Positions 1 through 12,888 of a DNA stretch of 64,000 nucleotides are shown piece by piece (the stretch's first letter is position 1; each line of letters opens with the position of its first letter). The notes below the pieces were generated by a model. The model did not search any database and was not told the DNA's origin. It saw nothing but the letters and a program-made list of their open reading frames with translations. The position numbers and the translations under genes were made by a program. The stretch is from NCBI GenBank assembly GCA_003971905.1, contig RSEE01000040.1:496001-560000 (forward strand), read 5' to 3'. The stretch is from Moniliella sp. 'wahieum'. Its lineage: Eukaryota.

Positions 1-304
1 GGAGGGGTGACCAGCCGAGTTGGTGGTGCGGAAATGGATCTGGTAAGATTGCCCACATCGACAAGACCAGTCATGGCAGGCTTGATTTCGCGCATCTCAA
101 TGATGTCACCAGGCTTGTAGTGGCTCAAGTTGTGAGGAGCCCGGTAGAAAGGATCCTGGAGAGGAGGAGGGAAGTCCCGAGCGAACACCTGGTGCCGGTT
201 AGCCCGAGACAACCCACGACGGTTCGAGGCGGCGTCGACACCGTTGGTGAGAGCCGCCAAGATCGTGGCCACCCCCACAACGGAGAGGAGAAGGTAAACT
301 TCAT
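1..304 (-). CDS. Secretory lipase (LIP / CalA-like family), 5' part only, frameshifted
   Basis: ATG at 304. Joining frames gives a signal-peptide-like MKFTFLLSVVGVATILAAL, then PPLQDPFYRAPHNLSHYKPGDIIEMREI and YQIHFRTTNS, matching the DPFY..P......PG.I..R and YQ..YRTT motifs of fungal secretory lipases. Runs off the window edge. Confidence 0.7.
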
Positions 305-1335
305 GTTGAGAGAAAGAGCGTGGGTGTAGCGAGGGAAAGAGGGTGAATGGAGGGTGGTGGGGGTGGGTGAGAGGAGGGAAGAGGAGGGAGGGGGGAAGGA
401 GGAAGTGTTCGTGGGTGAAATCAAAATGGTCGGGGTTTGTGTGCCAGTCATATTTATCTGTATCCGGAAATCACAATACAAACCCTCTGTCGAGGTACGG
501 AGTAATAGGCACAAATATGGGTGGATTGTGTACAAGAGGAACACGGAAGGTGGGATGCCCCACATTCTTGATTCGCTGGAAGCTCTGGCCCTATGAATCG
601 ATCGCTTTCCCCCATCATACATCACCGGTCGGCATGTGATCAGGCTGCACGGGGAGTGTGTCCATGGTGTGCTTATAGTCGCCAAAGATCGGCACCACTA
701 AGTACTAATACCACTGTGGCTGTGCCAAACTGCTGAACTGTGAGTACTCAGACTGCGTGCTGAGTAGTACGGAACGTCACATATGCGTACCTGCCTTCCT
801 CCCAGCGCTCTGCAGGCCAATCTTCAAGCTTCCAGTTTCAGAGCTTCATCTAGGATCATCGATTGTTATACGTGGTGGGGCCCAGAGCTCTCCTTGGGGG
901 ACCGGCAAGAGTTGCCTCGGTGTTCGGGTTCGATTGCTCGGCGAATAAGACGGTTGTCCCCATGATGATCTGCATATGATCGCCGAGAGCCACCACAAAA
1001 AATGCCCACAACGGTGTATCTGCGGTTTCGGGAGCCCAGCGTCGCTTTTGAGAGAAACCCCATATGGTTCCGTGTGACACGAAGCTTTCAGAACTTGTAC
1101 CGCACTGCAGAGCTCGCATTTGCCCCCACCCGACGGATAGATTGAAGCGGACAGGGAATAGGCCAGCTATGGCATGCAAATGTGGGTAAAGCGTTGACAT
1201 AGTACACGCTGCCGCCACCTTGTCTCTGCGGATGCCTGATCCGGGAAATTGGTTGTTGCGTATAACAAGCAGTAGACGGTGTCCACAACAGCTGGTATTA
1301 CGCTTTCAGCTTTCGGCACCATGGCATCGGGCAGA

Positions 1336-1415
1336 ATAGCATAGCCTAGCCTAGCATCGAATAGCATAGGATGCCATAGGATAGCAATGGATACCATAGC
1401 ATAGCATAGAATAGC
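1336..1415. repeat. Degenerate pentanucleotide (ATAGC)n microsatellite
   Basis: atagc atagc ctagc ctagc atcga atagc atagg atgcc atagg atagc..., about 16 units. Confidence 0.8.
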
Positions 1416-2099
1416 AGGGGATGTCTAAGGTGCGGCATGGGATACTATTGCACAGCATCGCTTGCGTGATATGACCGGTAAGCGTAAGCGCAAGCGAAAC
1501 CCCACAAAGACTCAAACACCAAGGGAAGAAAAGGCACTATCGACGATCCCCAGGCGTACACACTGAAGTATAGGCTCAACCACTTCGTGAGCACTGAGTA
1601 CGGAGCGCTAATAAGCGGAAGCGCAGATTTCCCTAATAAGCGAAGCAAGTATTAAGTGCAGACTGATGTGTGGGTTCTCTAAGCAAACGAACCAGAGCTG
1701 TACAAGTAGCTTTGAGTTTGAGCGCCTAGCGCCTCGCACCTATCGTATTGTGTCACCATAATGTCAACTCGCCAAGCGCGCCCGAGGGTGTGTGTACTAG
1801 ATCATTAACTAGCTTAACTAGATTAGATCGTCTTCGCCCACAGCATCGTCGCGGCGTGAGCGTGACGTGGGACTGTCGGGCGTGGCCCGAGACCGCGGGT
1901 GGCCTCGTCTGATTGCCCCGCATTTTGCGCGTGACGCGCAAAAGCGCAATTCAGCACCAGCCCACAGTCGACGTGCGTTGGCATGGACCTGTGGTGCCCC
2001 ATCGACCTCGAGCCCGAACGACCTGAATCAGTTAATGACATCCGAGAGGTCTGGAATCCAAAACTTTTCAACCGGCCAATTGCGGTTTGTGGGGAAGGT

Positions 2100-2240
2100 G
2101 GTTAACTGAGCGCTCACGCGATCACCGGTCACCCGGCTGTGCCTCAGGCCCTCAGGTGCGTCTTAGCTACGCATCATGCATCATGCATCATAGATGCAAC
2201 CGGTGTGTGTGACGGGCGGCACGCATGCGACATGTGACAG
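2100..2240. repeat. 7-bp palindrome-spacer cluster (AGCGCT, ACCGGT, ATGCAT, ACATGT cores)
   Basis: ctgagcgctcacgcgatcaccggtcacc; gcatcatgcatcatgcatca; gacatgtgac. Confidence 0.75.
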
Positions 2241-2604
2241 GTATGTGAGGCCAAGGTCGGCGCTTTACTAGGAACGGGATGTGGCCAGTAGCACTAGGTA
2301 ACAGTACTCCGTTTCTAGGGACGCCAGGTACGTGTATCCTGAGACATACGGAGTACTCATTTGAGATTCGGGACAAGTCTCTGCGACAAGCACATGCACT
2401 GCTCTGAACACATTGATCTGGTGGGTGACCAGTGACATATTTGTGTTCTGAGAGTATGTGACACCGCGCTGTGAAATGTGACACCCAGCTGTGAGGTATG
2501 GGGTGTGTGGGGACGAAGCCAATGAAAGGGCGATGGTCGATGAGATCCAGGGTCGATAAGGCCGGTAATCGATACTCGACAATCGACAACGGACAATCGT
2601 CCAA

Positions 2605-2666
2605 CGACGTTCAACGTTCAACGTACGCGTTCAACGTTTTGCGCACTGTGAACGTTGAACGTTGCA
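2605..2666. repeat. 7-bp palindrome-spacer cluster (AACGTT core)
   Basis: acgttcaacgttcaacgtacgcgttcaacgtt ... gtgaacgttgaacgttg. Confidence 0.8.
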
Positions 2667-4834
2667 TGAGAAAAGTCGTCAAGATACACACAAGATGCAC
2701 CTGCATCCAAAGGGGGTGTAGTTCCACGCTTTAGTGGCATCGGTAATAGTCCAGTTCCCTTCAGTGCATACCTTTCTATTGTCCCTCATGCAGTCTCCAG
2801 CCTCTGCAGTAGCTCATGTGTAAAGCAATCAATGTTCATCGTGTTCAACTACCATCTGGAATTGTGAATTCCAACAGGTTATTGAGCCGGATTCTTCCTC
2901 TTGAGCGCCTGCGCATGCCTGCGACAAGATCAACAACAGGAACAACGCAATACCCCGATGACATTGTTTGGCGGATTTCGCTCCCATTTCCAATTCGTTC
3001 GAAGCGCCTCGCTCTCCTCTTCTTCTTCTCCCCTTCGCACAGTGTCCTCTGCTCTTGCTTCTTCCGTACCAACGATTGATACATTCATTACCATTGGCCT
3101 ATTAGTTTCGCCTTAGCACCTACTGTGACACCCGTAGGATGGCTAGTAGTTACTTGGTATACTTGCCGTGGGTATCTCCGACCAAATCTATTTCTCAAGC
3201 GCATATGTCAATGCACCACGCGCCACTACATATCATCGCAATCATCGATTGACCACTTTTCTGAGATCTCATTGCAATGAGATTAGATCGATGATCTCGA
3301 TGATCTCGATGATCGCGCTGACAAGTTCTACTCCTATAAATTTACTTCCCGTTGTGATAAACAAGCGCCAAGCTCCAGATCGCTTGGAAGGGAAACGACT
3401 TTCCGTATATGATTCCCCGCCGGCGCATGCCAATGTGGCAAAACTTCCGAACCAAGGAGCTGTATGTGATGCGTGACGGGGTTCCACGGCACATGTGATG
3501 AATCATGCATTGGGCTATTGCCCCATGCGACATGCATGTGACACGTGATCGCGTGCGCGCGACCCCGGGACAGGAACTGGTATATTGTAACGGAGAACGT
3601 CGTGAAGTTGTGAACGACTGAGGTACTGAGAGGCGCAATTAGTAGTTAGTGCCCAGCACTGGACGCTGAACACGTCGACGCGCTGACGTTGAAGCACTGA
3701 ACGTAACGCTGAACTTCAGCGTTGAACGTGTTGAATGTAGTGGACATTGAACGCTCATTGAAGCTTGAAGGTTGAATATTGAATCCCTCACGTTCATCCG
3801 TTTCCGTATAGCCATCGATGGATTGATTATGCGATGAGTTCCGAGCCGGTAGTGGCCTTCAGCGGTTAGCGTCTCCAGCGCCACCCAAAGGATCAGTACT
3901 CAAAGTTTCAACTGAGGATGGCGACGCCAATGATGAGGTCTAACGCGTCCGCCACAGGAAAAAACGATGGATGAAACGCGGTTATATCTTCTTTTTCACA
4001 TCAGGCTGTGATCAATCTAATGGTCATCGCATTGAAGCTGAGCGCGCTGAGCGCGCTGAGCCTCAGCCGTTGACAGATTGAGTAGAAAGATCGACATGTG
4101 CCACTGAGCTCAGTCGGTCCGGCCGGTCATCGATCATCGGTCACCTGCAATTGGGCTGGAAATCGACAGAGGAAAAGCGATGAGGTGCTGTTAAGCGTCG
4201 AGGGAAACCCGATTGACATATTCGATGTGGGGCATCATGCATCATGCATCGTACACGCGCGTACACAGGATCCGCTCACCCATCCTCGAGTCGAAACTCA
4301 CCGGTGAGGCTCATCGCTCACCCATGCCGGACCCTGCGGCAACCCCGCATGAGGCATGCTCCAGTACTAAGGATTGGGCCCCATTACCGCCGCGATAACA
4401 CACTCTTCACGTTGCCTATGCCAAGTCCGACACCCACAGCACTTGGCACTTGGCGGTCGCCGAGGGTTCGTAGTCCTAGTCAGAATCGGCCGCAGTACCA
4501 GTCGAGATCTGAGACTAGAGATGCTCTCGTCACATAATATGAAATGGCATCCTGTTCGGTGTGCGTATCCACCCCAATGTTGCCTTTCGTGTGTGGTTCC
4601 TGCTAGACCTGACTAAGACCAGCGATTTCCCAGGAACGATGACAAAAAAATCAACGATGGCAAATGCTGGGTTCTACACGTTACAACGTTACAATACTAC
4701 CCATGCTATTACTTGGGTTACTGGAGCGTTTTGCCCGACTCATAACCACCACCATCTCACAACAGCTCGACACATACCTTCACCGCATCGTTTGAGCCTG
4801 TTGTTCGTATCGGGTGGGGGACTCCAACACAACC

Positions 4835-7800
4835 ATGAGCGACCCGGAGAACCGGAAGTACTACAACAGCGATTTCAGCGGCCTCACCACCAATGCGTAC
4901 ATCCTCGCCGCAGGCGGCACCCTCTGCATCGTCTTTTACGAGTTTGCAAGGCATGTTCGTCGCCTTCCGCGCTCCCGCCTCGCCTGGGGTTCCTCACCGC
5001 CACGAAGAAAATCCGCGTCGGGGTTGGGAAAGCAAGAGGGAACGGCCGACGATGTGGGGGTGAGGTGGGACGCTATTGCAGGCGAGACAGTCTACGCCTC
5101 GCGCCCAGATACCACCCCCGAAGAATGGGAGATGGCACACCTCTACACGCCTCGCGAGTTTCACCCTGTTACCCCATCACCGCCATTAACGCGATGGCCT
5201 GTGCTATGGGCGTGGCGGGCACTGATGCTAAAGGACTCGTGGTACACGAAGCACGTTGGACTGGATGCGGTCATTTACGTGCGCTTCCTACGGGCGGCAG
5301 TGTGGTGGATGGTGGTGCAGCTGCTGACGACCACGCCAGCATTGCTCGCTCTGCACTTCCGCTTCAGTTCATGCAGCTCGCGCTCCAACATGGCCTGCGC
5401 AAGCTTGGCATACTTTGTGACCAGCCCAGCGGATTCGACCCAGTGCTCGTCCTTGGGCAACATCAAGTGCCCGCGAGTCAATAACATGGCGGGCCGGCGG
5501 TGGCTGTGGGTGCACCTGGTAGCCATGTATTGGCTCACGCTTACTTGGTTCGCTGCCCTCGCTTGGGTTGCCCACGGCTTCATCAAGATCCGCCGCGACC
5601 TCATCCTCGCCACACGCACCCGCACCATCTACCCGCGCAAGTCGCGCCCATCCACCCCTGACCATACCGTCATTCCCATTGATCCCCAACTCCAGCCCCA
5701 TCCCCATTCCCCGCTATCACCCAACATCCACGCCCCTCACCACTTGGACGGCTTGCACAACGTTATCGACTGCCTCACTGGTCGTGCTTCCGACGGTGCC
5801 CACCCCTTTTTCTCGACCGATGCGGCAGAAAAGGACCCGGCACTGGCGGGATGGCGCCAACGCACGTTGATGCTCACCAACCTGCCTAAGCGGCTGCGGA
5901 ATCCCACCGCTTTAGCATCGGCGCTTGAGCAGCACCTTGGCCTGGGAGGCAGCCCTGCTGGCAGAGCCACCGCAACCATGGGCCCAAGCTCCAGCATACC
6001 CACAGGTTTGGGCTCAAGCACCAAAAGCGCCCCCTCAACCACCAACAAGAGCAAGCGCAAGCGCAAGTGCAAGCACAGGCACATGCGCCAGCACAGGCAC
6101 ATGCACAAGTACACGTATGAGTGCAAGTATAAGTGCAAGCACATCTGCCACTCTCCTCTCCGCACCCTCTTCCTTCCTTCCTTCCCCCATCCAGCACGTC
6201 GAATTAGTGCGCAAGATGTCCGGTCTGAGCAGCTTGGTGGAGCGGCGCGACGCAACTTTGGCCAAGCTTGAGATTGCCCACCTTGAGCTGGCACGGAACG
6301 TGTTAGCCGCATTGGGCCACAATGAAAAGGATGGGGTACGTCGTGGCGAAGCCACCGGAGGATACGGCCCTCGCGCAGCGTCTCTCCCGCTTCATCAAGC
6401 TACCCCAGCCCATGCGTGGCTCCTCTTCGGCGCCCACAGATGGTGAATCCGAGGCTCGCAGCGGCCTAATTTTTGGCCTGAGCTCTTCAACGTACCGCGT
6501 GCCTGCCTGCTTGATCGGTATCAGCCCATGACTCGCATTAGTTCAGGGCCCTACAAAGGAGAGACGGTGCCAACGATCGATCTGCTGCTCACCAAGCTCA
6601 ATCTTTTGACAGCTTTGGTGGATGCGGCTCGGCAGCTTCCCGAGTCGGATTGGAGCCCGACCCCGGTTGCGTTTGTTACCTTCCGCGACCCGCGGCAGGC
6701 CCGCCTGGTTTGGCGCGAGTTGAGCGACCAGTTGATGCCTGCGGTCCATCTCGCTCCGGAACGCAGGGATCTGATGTGGGACCGACTGATGCAGACCACG
6801 TTTGCTAGTCGCGTGGTACGTGAGCCGTGGAGCCGGGGGGTTGGCTTCTTTGGGCGTTTACGGTGTTCTGGATGATTCCGACCCAAGCGGCGGCTTCCGT
6901 GTTGGCCAACATTGGAGGGATTTCCCGAGTCTCGGGACGAGGGTTGCATGTCTTGGAGAACCACAGCCACTGGATTCGGTTCGTGTCGGGCACCTTGCCA
7001 ACGCTGTTGGTGTCGGGCATCATGCTCCTGGTTCCCGAGTTTATCTTCCAAGTCAACCTGCGCGCCCATCGGTTCCTGACTCGAACCGAGTTATACGACC
7101 AGTGCCTGTGCCGGTACTGGAAGTTTGTCGTCTGCAACACCGTCATCCTGTTTTCGGTGGGGTCAACCACATTGCAGACCATCTTGGTCCGAGTCGGGAG
7201 CCATCACCAAGGCTCGATTTTGACCTCCATTGCATTTGCCTTTCCTTCGGCCGCGCCCTTCTTTTGCTCCTATCTTATCTCAACATTGTCACTCAGACCG
7301 GAGCCGAGTTGATTCAGGCCGTGATTGGTTTGATCCAAGCCGTGCAAGCCATGGGTTCGCGCTCGCCGCGCGATCGTGCGTTCAAGGTTCTCCCCCGCAA
7401 GTTTGGCCATGCGATCTGGATGCCGCTCCACCTCACAGCCTTGACCATCGTTTTCGTCTTTGCCATCTTCAACCCGCTTGTGGTTTGCTTTGCCGTGGTT
7501 TACCTTTGGATGGCACTGTACGTAGCTTCCCTTTCCCTTCATCATATACCAAGCAGCTACTGATCCCTCTGACTTGCTGCAGGATTGTGTTCAAGAAAGA
7601 TCTGGCGTACGTCTACGTCTCGCGCTTTCATGAGAACCAAGGAGAGATTTACTTTAAACGGATGCTCCGCTTCTCGCTCGATGCTCTGGTTGTCGCCCAC
7701 GTTGTGCTGACCATCTTCTTCGCGGTAACCAAGGTCAAGGCAGTGTACATTGCTCTCACCATCCTTCTCATCCCGCTCACCGTGCTTGCCAAACTGGTCG

Positions 7801-10312
7801 GCACGCGGTTCTGGCTGTCCCAAGTCCGCGCATTGGATGACGACGAGGCCAACGCGGTGTGCGGGGTCAACGAGACCCCTTCCTGGCTTCGTCTCCGCGC
7901 CGAGTACGCCCATGCCGGGGTGGGCAACGACGTTCCCCTTCACCTTGCTGCCCACCTTGGCAAGGAGTCCCACCCCTACCATCCGCGACCGGTCATCTCC
8001 GGGCCCCTGCGCCATTTCCCCCCTCCCTCGCCCAATCCAGGGGCCCCACAGGATGCTCGCGCCCGCGGTCGGTACCCGGTGCGGTTGCCTGCCCCGGTCG
8101 AGTCGGACAGCGTGTGGTGGGGTCGGCTTCACTGGCTTTTGGACCGGTTCTGTGCAGATGGAAACGACATGCCAGGCTGGGTATCGCTCCTGTACTCGAA
8201 CGCGCGTCGGTCTCGGCTAGAGCAGCTCGACATCAAGTTGGATACCAGAGCACCGGCGGTGCTGCAAACTTGGATCGCCACCTGGAACGCCGCATGGGCG
8301 TTTGTCCAGTCCAAAACTAAGAAGGCCAAGAAAGATTCCGAGCGCCTGGCTGCGGCCGGGGCACACTCTGCCTCGGCCCACGCCAAGCGGAAGGACCGCA
8401 AAGCCCAACGATCGTCCTGGGTCACCATCGATGACGGGTACAGCGTCCTAGGCTTCAATTCGCCATTTCCTTCACATCCTTTCTCCCGCCCTCCCCTTCC
8501 GTCTCATCCCAGCAGGATGTGGAGTCTGGCGGTGCAGTGGACACCAATCCACTGGGTATCACGTTATCTGCTTTGCCTTCTCGAGACCGAGGAACAGGGG
8601 CGTTGCCTGCTCTCCCAGAGGCTTACAACAGTACCGACAACCTTCCTGAGGCACCACCGCTGGCGCACGCTCCTTCTTTTAGTTCTTCGATTGGAAGAGA
8701 TAAGGAGAAAGGGTCCACGTGGCTGTCCCGTCGCGGATTCTCAACCAAAGACTTTTTCTGGACGGGCCAGGACGCGCACCTGCTCAATTCCGGGAGCAAG
8801 TTTGATTCTTCCTTCGATTCTCCCTTTTTGTCGGAACGATCGCTGCCGTCTGGGCAGGAATCGCCTAGTAACTTGGCTCTGATGCTACCTTCCATTCCGT
8901 ACGATCAGAACCAAAGTTATGCGCTTGACCCTCGCTTGGAGCCCGGCCTGCCTCTGCCCTTGCCACAGGACTCTGAACCCCGTCATCCTCCCTCTTCCTT
9001 TCCCTCGCATCGTACCCGTCTCTTGACTCCCCATCCAGAATGGTCTAATTCCCTTCCTCGCAACCACGACCATGAGCACAACACGATCATGGTCACGGTC
9101 ACAGCCACGGCCACGGCCACAGCCACGGTCACGGTCACGGCCACGTCTATACCCACGGAAATCTCTCCATCCCCATCTTTTCCAAGGACGTGCGCGCCCT
9201 CAGCCAGCACATCTGACGCTGATCTCCCTCGCAAGCGAGCCATTTCCGAGTCTTCAGAGGAAAGCCACAAACTTCCTTCCGGTTTACCTATTGACCGTGC
9301 GTGTGGCGATCCGTACGACGAGCGCTTCCCCCCCGTTACCTTGGCCCAGAACCTCTTTGGTCCGCCCCAGGCGCAGGGGGTGACCTCGATCCCGATCTCG
9401 CCTCTTTGCACGCTGTCAGGCGTCGAGAACAAGAACGAGAGCGAGGGCTTGGACCATGCATCCCTTCTCTCCTTGTGCAAGTGCCGACGAACGAGGAGCG
9501 GCTGTTGCCCGTGCCGTACTACGAACCCAGTCCGACGACGCCGGGCTGGGCGGATGGCAAGGCGGACGTGCCGTCGCCCAATTTCGCAAAGTGCGGATGG
9601 CTGCCGATCCAAACGCGGCTGCTGACCACCGACAGCGGAGTAGGGTGGAGAAGAAGGACGGGTTCAATCCCGATGGGTGGAGCTGGCGCGAACCGGGGCG
9701 GGGGCCGAACACGGCGCTGGCGGTACCGCACGCGCCCATCCTATGGGACGACCGCAAGGACGATCTGGCGCATTACGGCGCCCCGGCGTACGTCGCGACG
9801 CTGGATCGCCAGCTGTGGCTGCCCCGCGATCCCCGCAAGCGGCTCGACTTGGGCGATACGATCGATTGGCTCGGGCCGGCACTCGTCTCGTCTCACTTTG
9901 GGGGGGCGGGATGTTGCGCTGGCAGGGCGCGGTGCCCGGGACGGACAAAGCGTGGAACGAGGGAGACTGGGACCGGTCGGGCTGTGGGTTGCCCATGACG
10001 GGGCCCGGCGAACTTTGCTGCAGCCCTGTGTGGCCGCCTGCTCGGGGGATGCGCCGGTGGCGGGGCGCGTCGAGGGCAGGAGCCGGGCGCGTCGGGGCGG
10101 AAGCGGGTCGAGTGTGAGGCAAGGGCCGATAGGCGGGGCGGGCGGGGCCGGGGGCGGGAGCACGGGCTGCCGCTGGGCGTGCTGCTGCGGCGAGTGGTGC
10201 TGGAGGAGGAGCGCGGCGGCGGCGGGAGTTCCGCATGGCGGAGGCGGCGCGCAACATGCTGGCCAAGAAGCGCGCAGGCGCTGGACGCACTGCGAGGGAA
10301 GCGGCCCCCTAA
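4835..10312 (+). CDS. CSC1/OSCA/TMEM63 (RSN1/PHM7 family) mechano/osmosensitive cation channel with long low-complexity insertions; frameshifted, at least 1 intron (about 7518-7582)
   Basis: Family motifs across successive ORFs: GLDAVIYVRFLR, LWVHLVAMYWLT, RTLMLTNLP, AFVTF, LAPERRDLMWD, FAFPSAAPFF, FAIFNPLV, KKDLAYVY, and C-terminal LWLPRDP. The end coordinate is approximate. Confidence 0.85.
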
Positions 10313-10893
10313 CAATACTATACAAGTAGTACCTGTTGCAACGAGAAGCACCGTATATATAGCACTGGTAGATATTAGTCCCTGTGCAGCTTGCCGCGCA
10401 GAGCGGCCGTCCGTCGGCCGAGGCAGATCGCGAGCTAGCCAGCCCAGAGAGCGGGTGGGTGCGGCCAGCCACGGCCAAGAATGTGCGGGGACACGAGGCG
10501 GCTGCACATCCATTGCCCTGCGCTTTGGCCGCGCCGGGCAGCAACCGTGGCAGCTTGGTTCCACCCGACACGCGAAAAACATCAACCCAGTGGGTTATAC
10601 AGCCGACGTCGTCTACGCAGCCACAGGCCAGCACCAGCACTAGCCGAGTAAGGAGCAGCGCAGACAGACGGGCTGACATGTGGCATGCTCACAGCTGACA
10701 CACCATGCATTGCATCACCCATCGACAGCGCTCCCGCTCTGCGATTGCTCAGCGCTGATCTCAGCATCACCGGCCACATGACAGCTCACCGGTGAAATAT
10801 GCGGCTGCCGTTGGAACACGCAAACTCCATCACCGGTCATTGGTCCTCCTCGCCCCCCCTCCCTCCCCTGCTCCGCCACCGCCACTGCCGTCC

Positions 10894-12484
10894 ATGTCGT
10901 CGCCGCGCGAGGTGCTGGCGCATCTCCGCGCCACGCACCACAGCGCTGTCCTTGACCGCGTCGCGGCCGCCGATGTGCCCATCTGGGGCCGCATCGTGCT
11001 GCCCATCGCGGCCGTGCTCGCGAGTGTCCTCCTCCTCAGCACCTGCATCCCGTCTCTCCGCCGCCTCGTGTGCCATTGCAGCCGCGTGCTTCTCAACGCC
11101 AAGCATCCCCTTCGCTGGCTCGCCGGCCTCCTCTTCGGCATGTCCCCGCCCCTGGTGTGGACATTTGCATTCAAGCAGGCCCGCCGCATCCCCGACCACA
11201 TCCGCCCCCCCCATACCACCGTCTTGCCTGTGCTCGAAACCTTTCTCCTCTCGCCCCTTGGTGTCTTTCTCTCCATGGTTTCTTATCGCCCCGCTCGCAC
11301 TCCTTATCTGGATCCGCTATGCAGGCCGCAAGCCTCACCAGGCCGTATTCTACCCGACCGTCCTCATCATGTTCCCCCCCACCCTCCGCATCCTCAACGA
11401 CCTAGCCATCGGCCTCGACCCGTCGCCGTTCCAGGACGTTGCTGCCTGGATCTTTTAACGGCGTGCTTCACTTTGCCTCACCCTTTTGGCTGGCTGGTGG
11501 ATTTGGTTCTTTGGTGCACCGGTGCAGCAAACGGTTTTGGCTGGTGCCTGCTTTCTTTGTTGGTCTGCTCCTCCATATTCTCACACCGCATGCCGCCCCT
11601 TGGTTCCACGACGTCTATCCAGCCGGTACAGTTCCCGCTACTCTTTCCCTGGCAACGCGGCGGGTCGGTGCGCGTGGATGAAGTACTTTGGCACCCACTT
11701 GTACTCGGAACGGCTTCCGCCGTGGGCCCGTTTTTTGGTGCGATCCCTTCCCTCCACGCGGCCACGGCTGCATGCTGCGCGCTTTTTTGTGGCGCGCTAC
11801 GGAGGCGCGGCAGGGACTGGGTTTATGGTGGTGTACTTTGCTCTCATGTGCTGGTCTACCATGTATTTCCACCATCATTTTGCCGTGGACCTGATCGCAG
11901 GCGCTGGAATGGCCATTCTTTTTTTCTCCGTCTTTGCTCACTTTGCTCTCCGGCCCCTGGACCGTGCGCATGTCCTCGATGCGACCACGCGGGGTGGACC
12001 GGCTGTTTGGCTGGGGAGCCCCCATTCATTGGTCTAGGGGCTACACTTCCCTCTTGCCCCCTGATCACCGCGAGGGGAGCACTTGCCCCCCCTGTTTTCT
12101 TGATGTGGACGAGGAAGTGCAGCTGGTCAAGGTCTTCTCCCATTCGCAACCCCTGATCGGCCCTTGGCGTCTTGGCCGGCATTCCCATCGTCCGCGAAAC
12201 AGCCAAGGTCGGCCAACTAAGCGTCGGTCTCCTTCTCCAAGAACGAGGCAGGAGGCAAATCCCTTGTAGCGAGATGCATGGTCCATCTTCCTCCACCATC
12301 TGTCCTGCCTCCGCTGCGACCTCTGTCTCCTCCCGCCGCCTCGGGACTCAGCTCAGGCCCCTCGAAAGCACGCCCACCACGCTCTCGCACTCTGGACGCC
12401 AACCTGACTTGGACTGGAAGAAGAGGGGTGGTTGACGGCGCAGACAACCCCGGTCTTACCGGTACGAAAGCGTTCGTACAGTAG
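10894..12484 (+). CDS. Inositol-phosphorylceramide synthase family (Aur1/Ipt1, PAP2 superfamily); frameshifted
   Basis: DVAAWIF.GVLHFASPF, PHAAPW, PGNAAG..RVD...GTHLY, FGAIPSLHAA and WSTMYFHHHFAVDL catalytic motifs. Confidence 0.85.
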
Positions 12485-12888
12485 TCATGCCTCTAGGACA
12501 CTTGTTTCCCCGTCCAGCTAGGCACCGCACCCTCCTCTCTCTTATCCTTCCTCCACCCTTCTCCCCCCTCTGGACTTTTGCATTCCTGGGCCCTCGCCAC
12601 AACCCTGTTCCCTTCAATTCCCTTCATCTCCCTGTACTTTTCTTCTTCCAATCCCTCATCTTGCCTAGGCACTCCCGGAGGACGTTTGCGTGGCGTTCTA
12701 TCATTTGCATACCTATATACTCTTCTCTTGTCCCCCCCCCCCCCCCACCCTCGGTGCGCCTCCACCGTTCGCCTTTGGATGCCTGCCCATGCTTTAATAT
12801 CGGATACCTGGCACCCTTTCGTGCCACAGATCGGAGTGCTTGAATGATGATGGTGTATACAATGATTACAATTGGGCACATCAACAGC

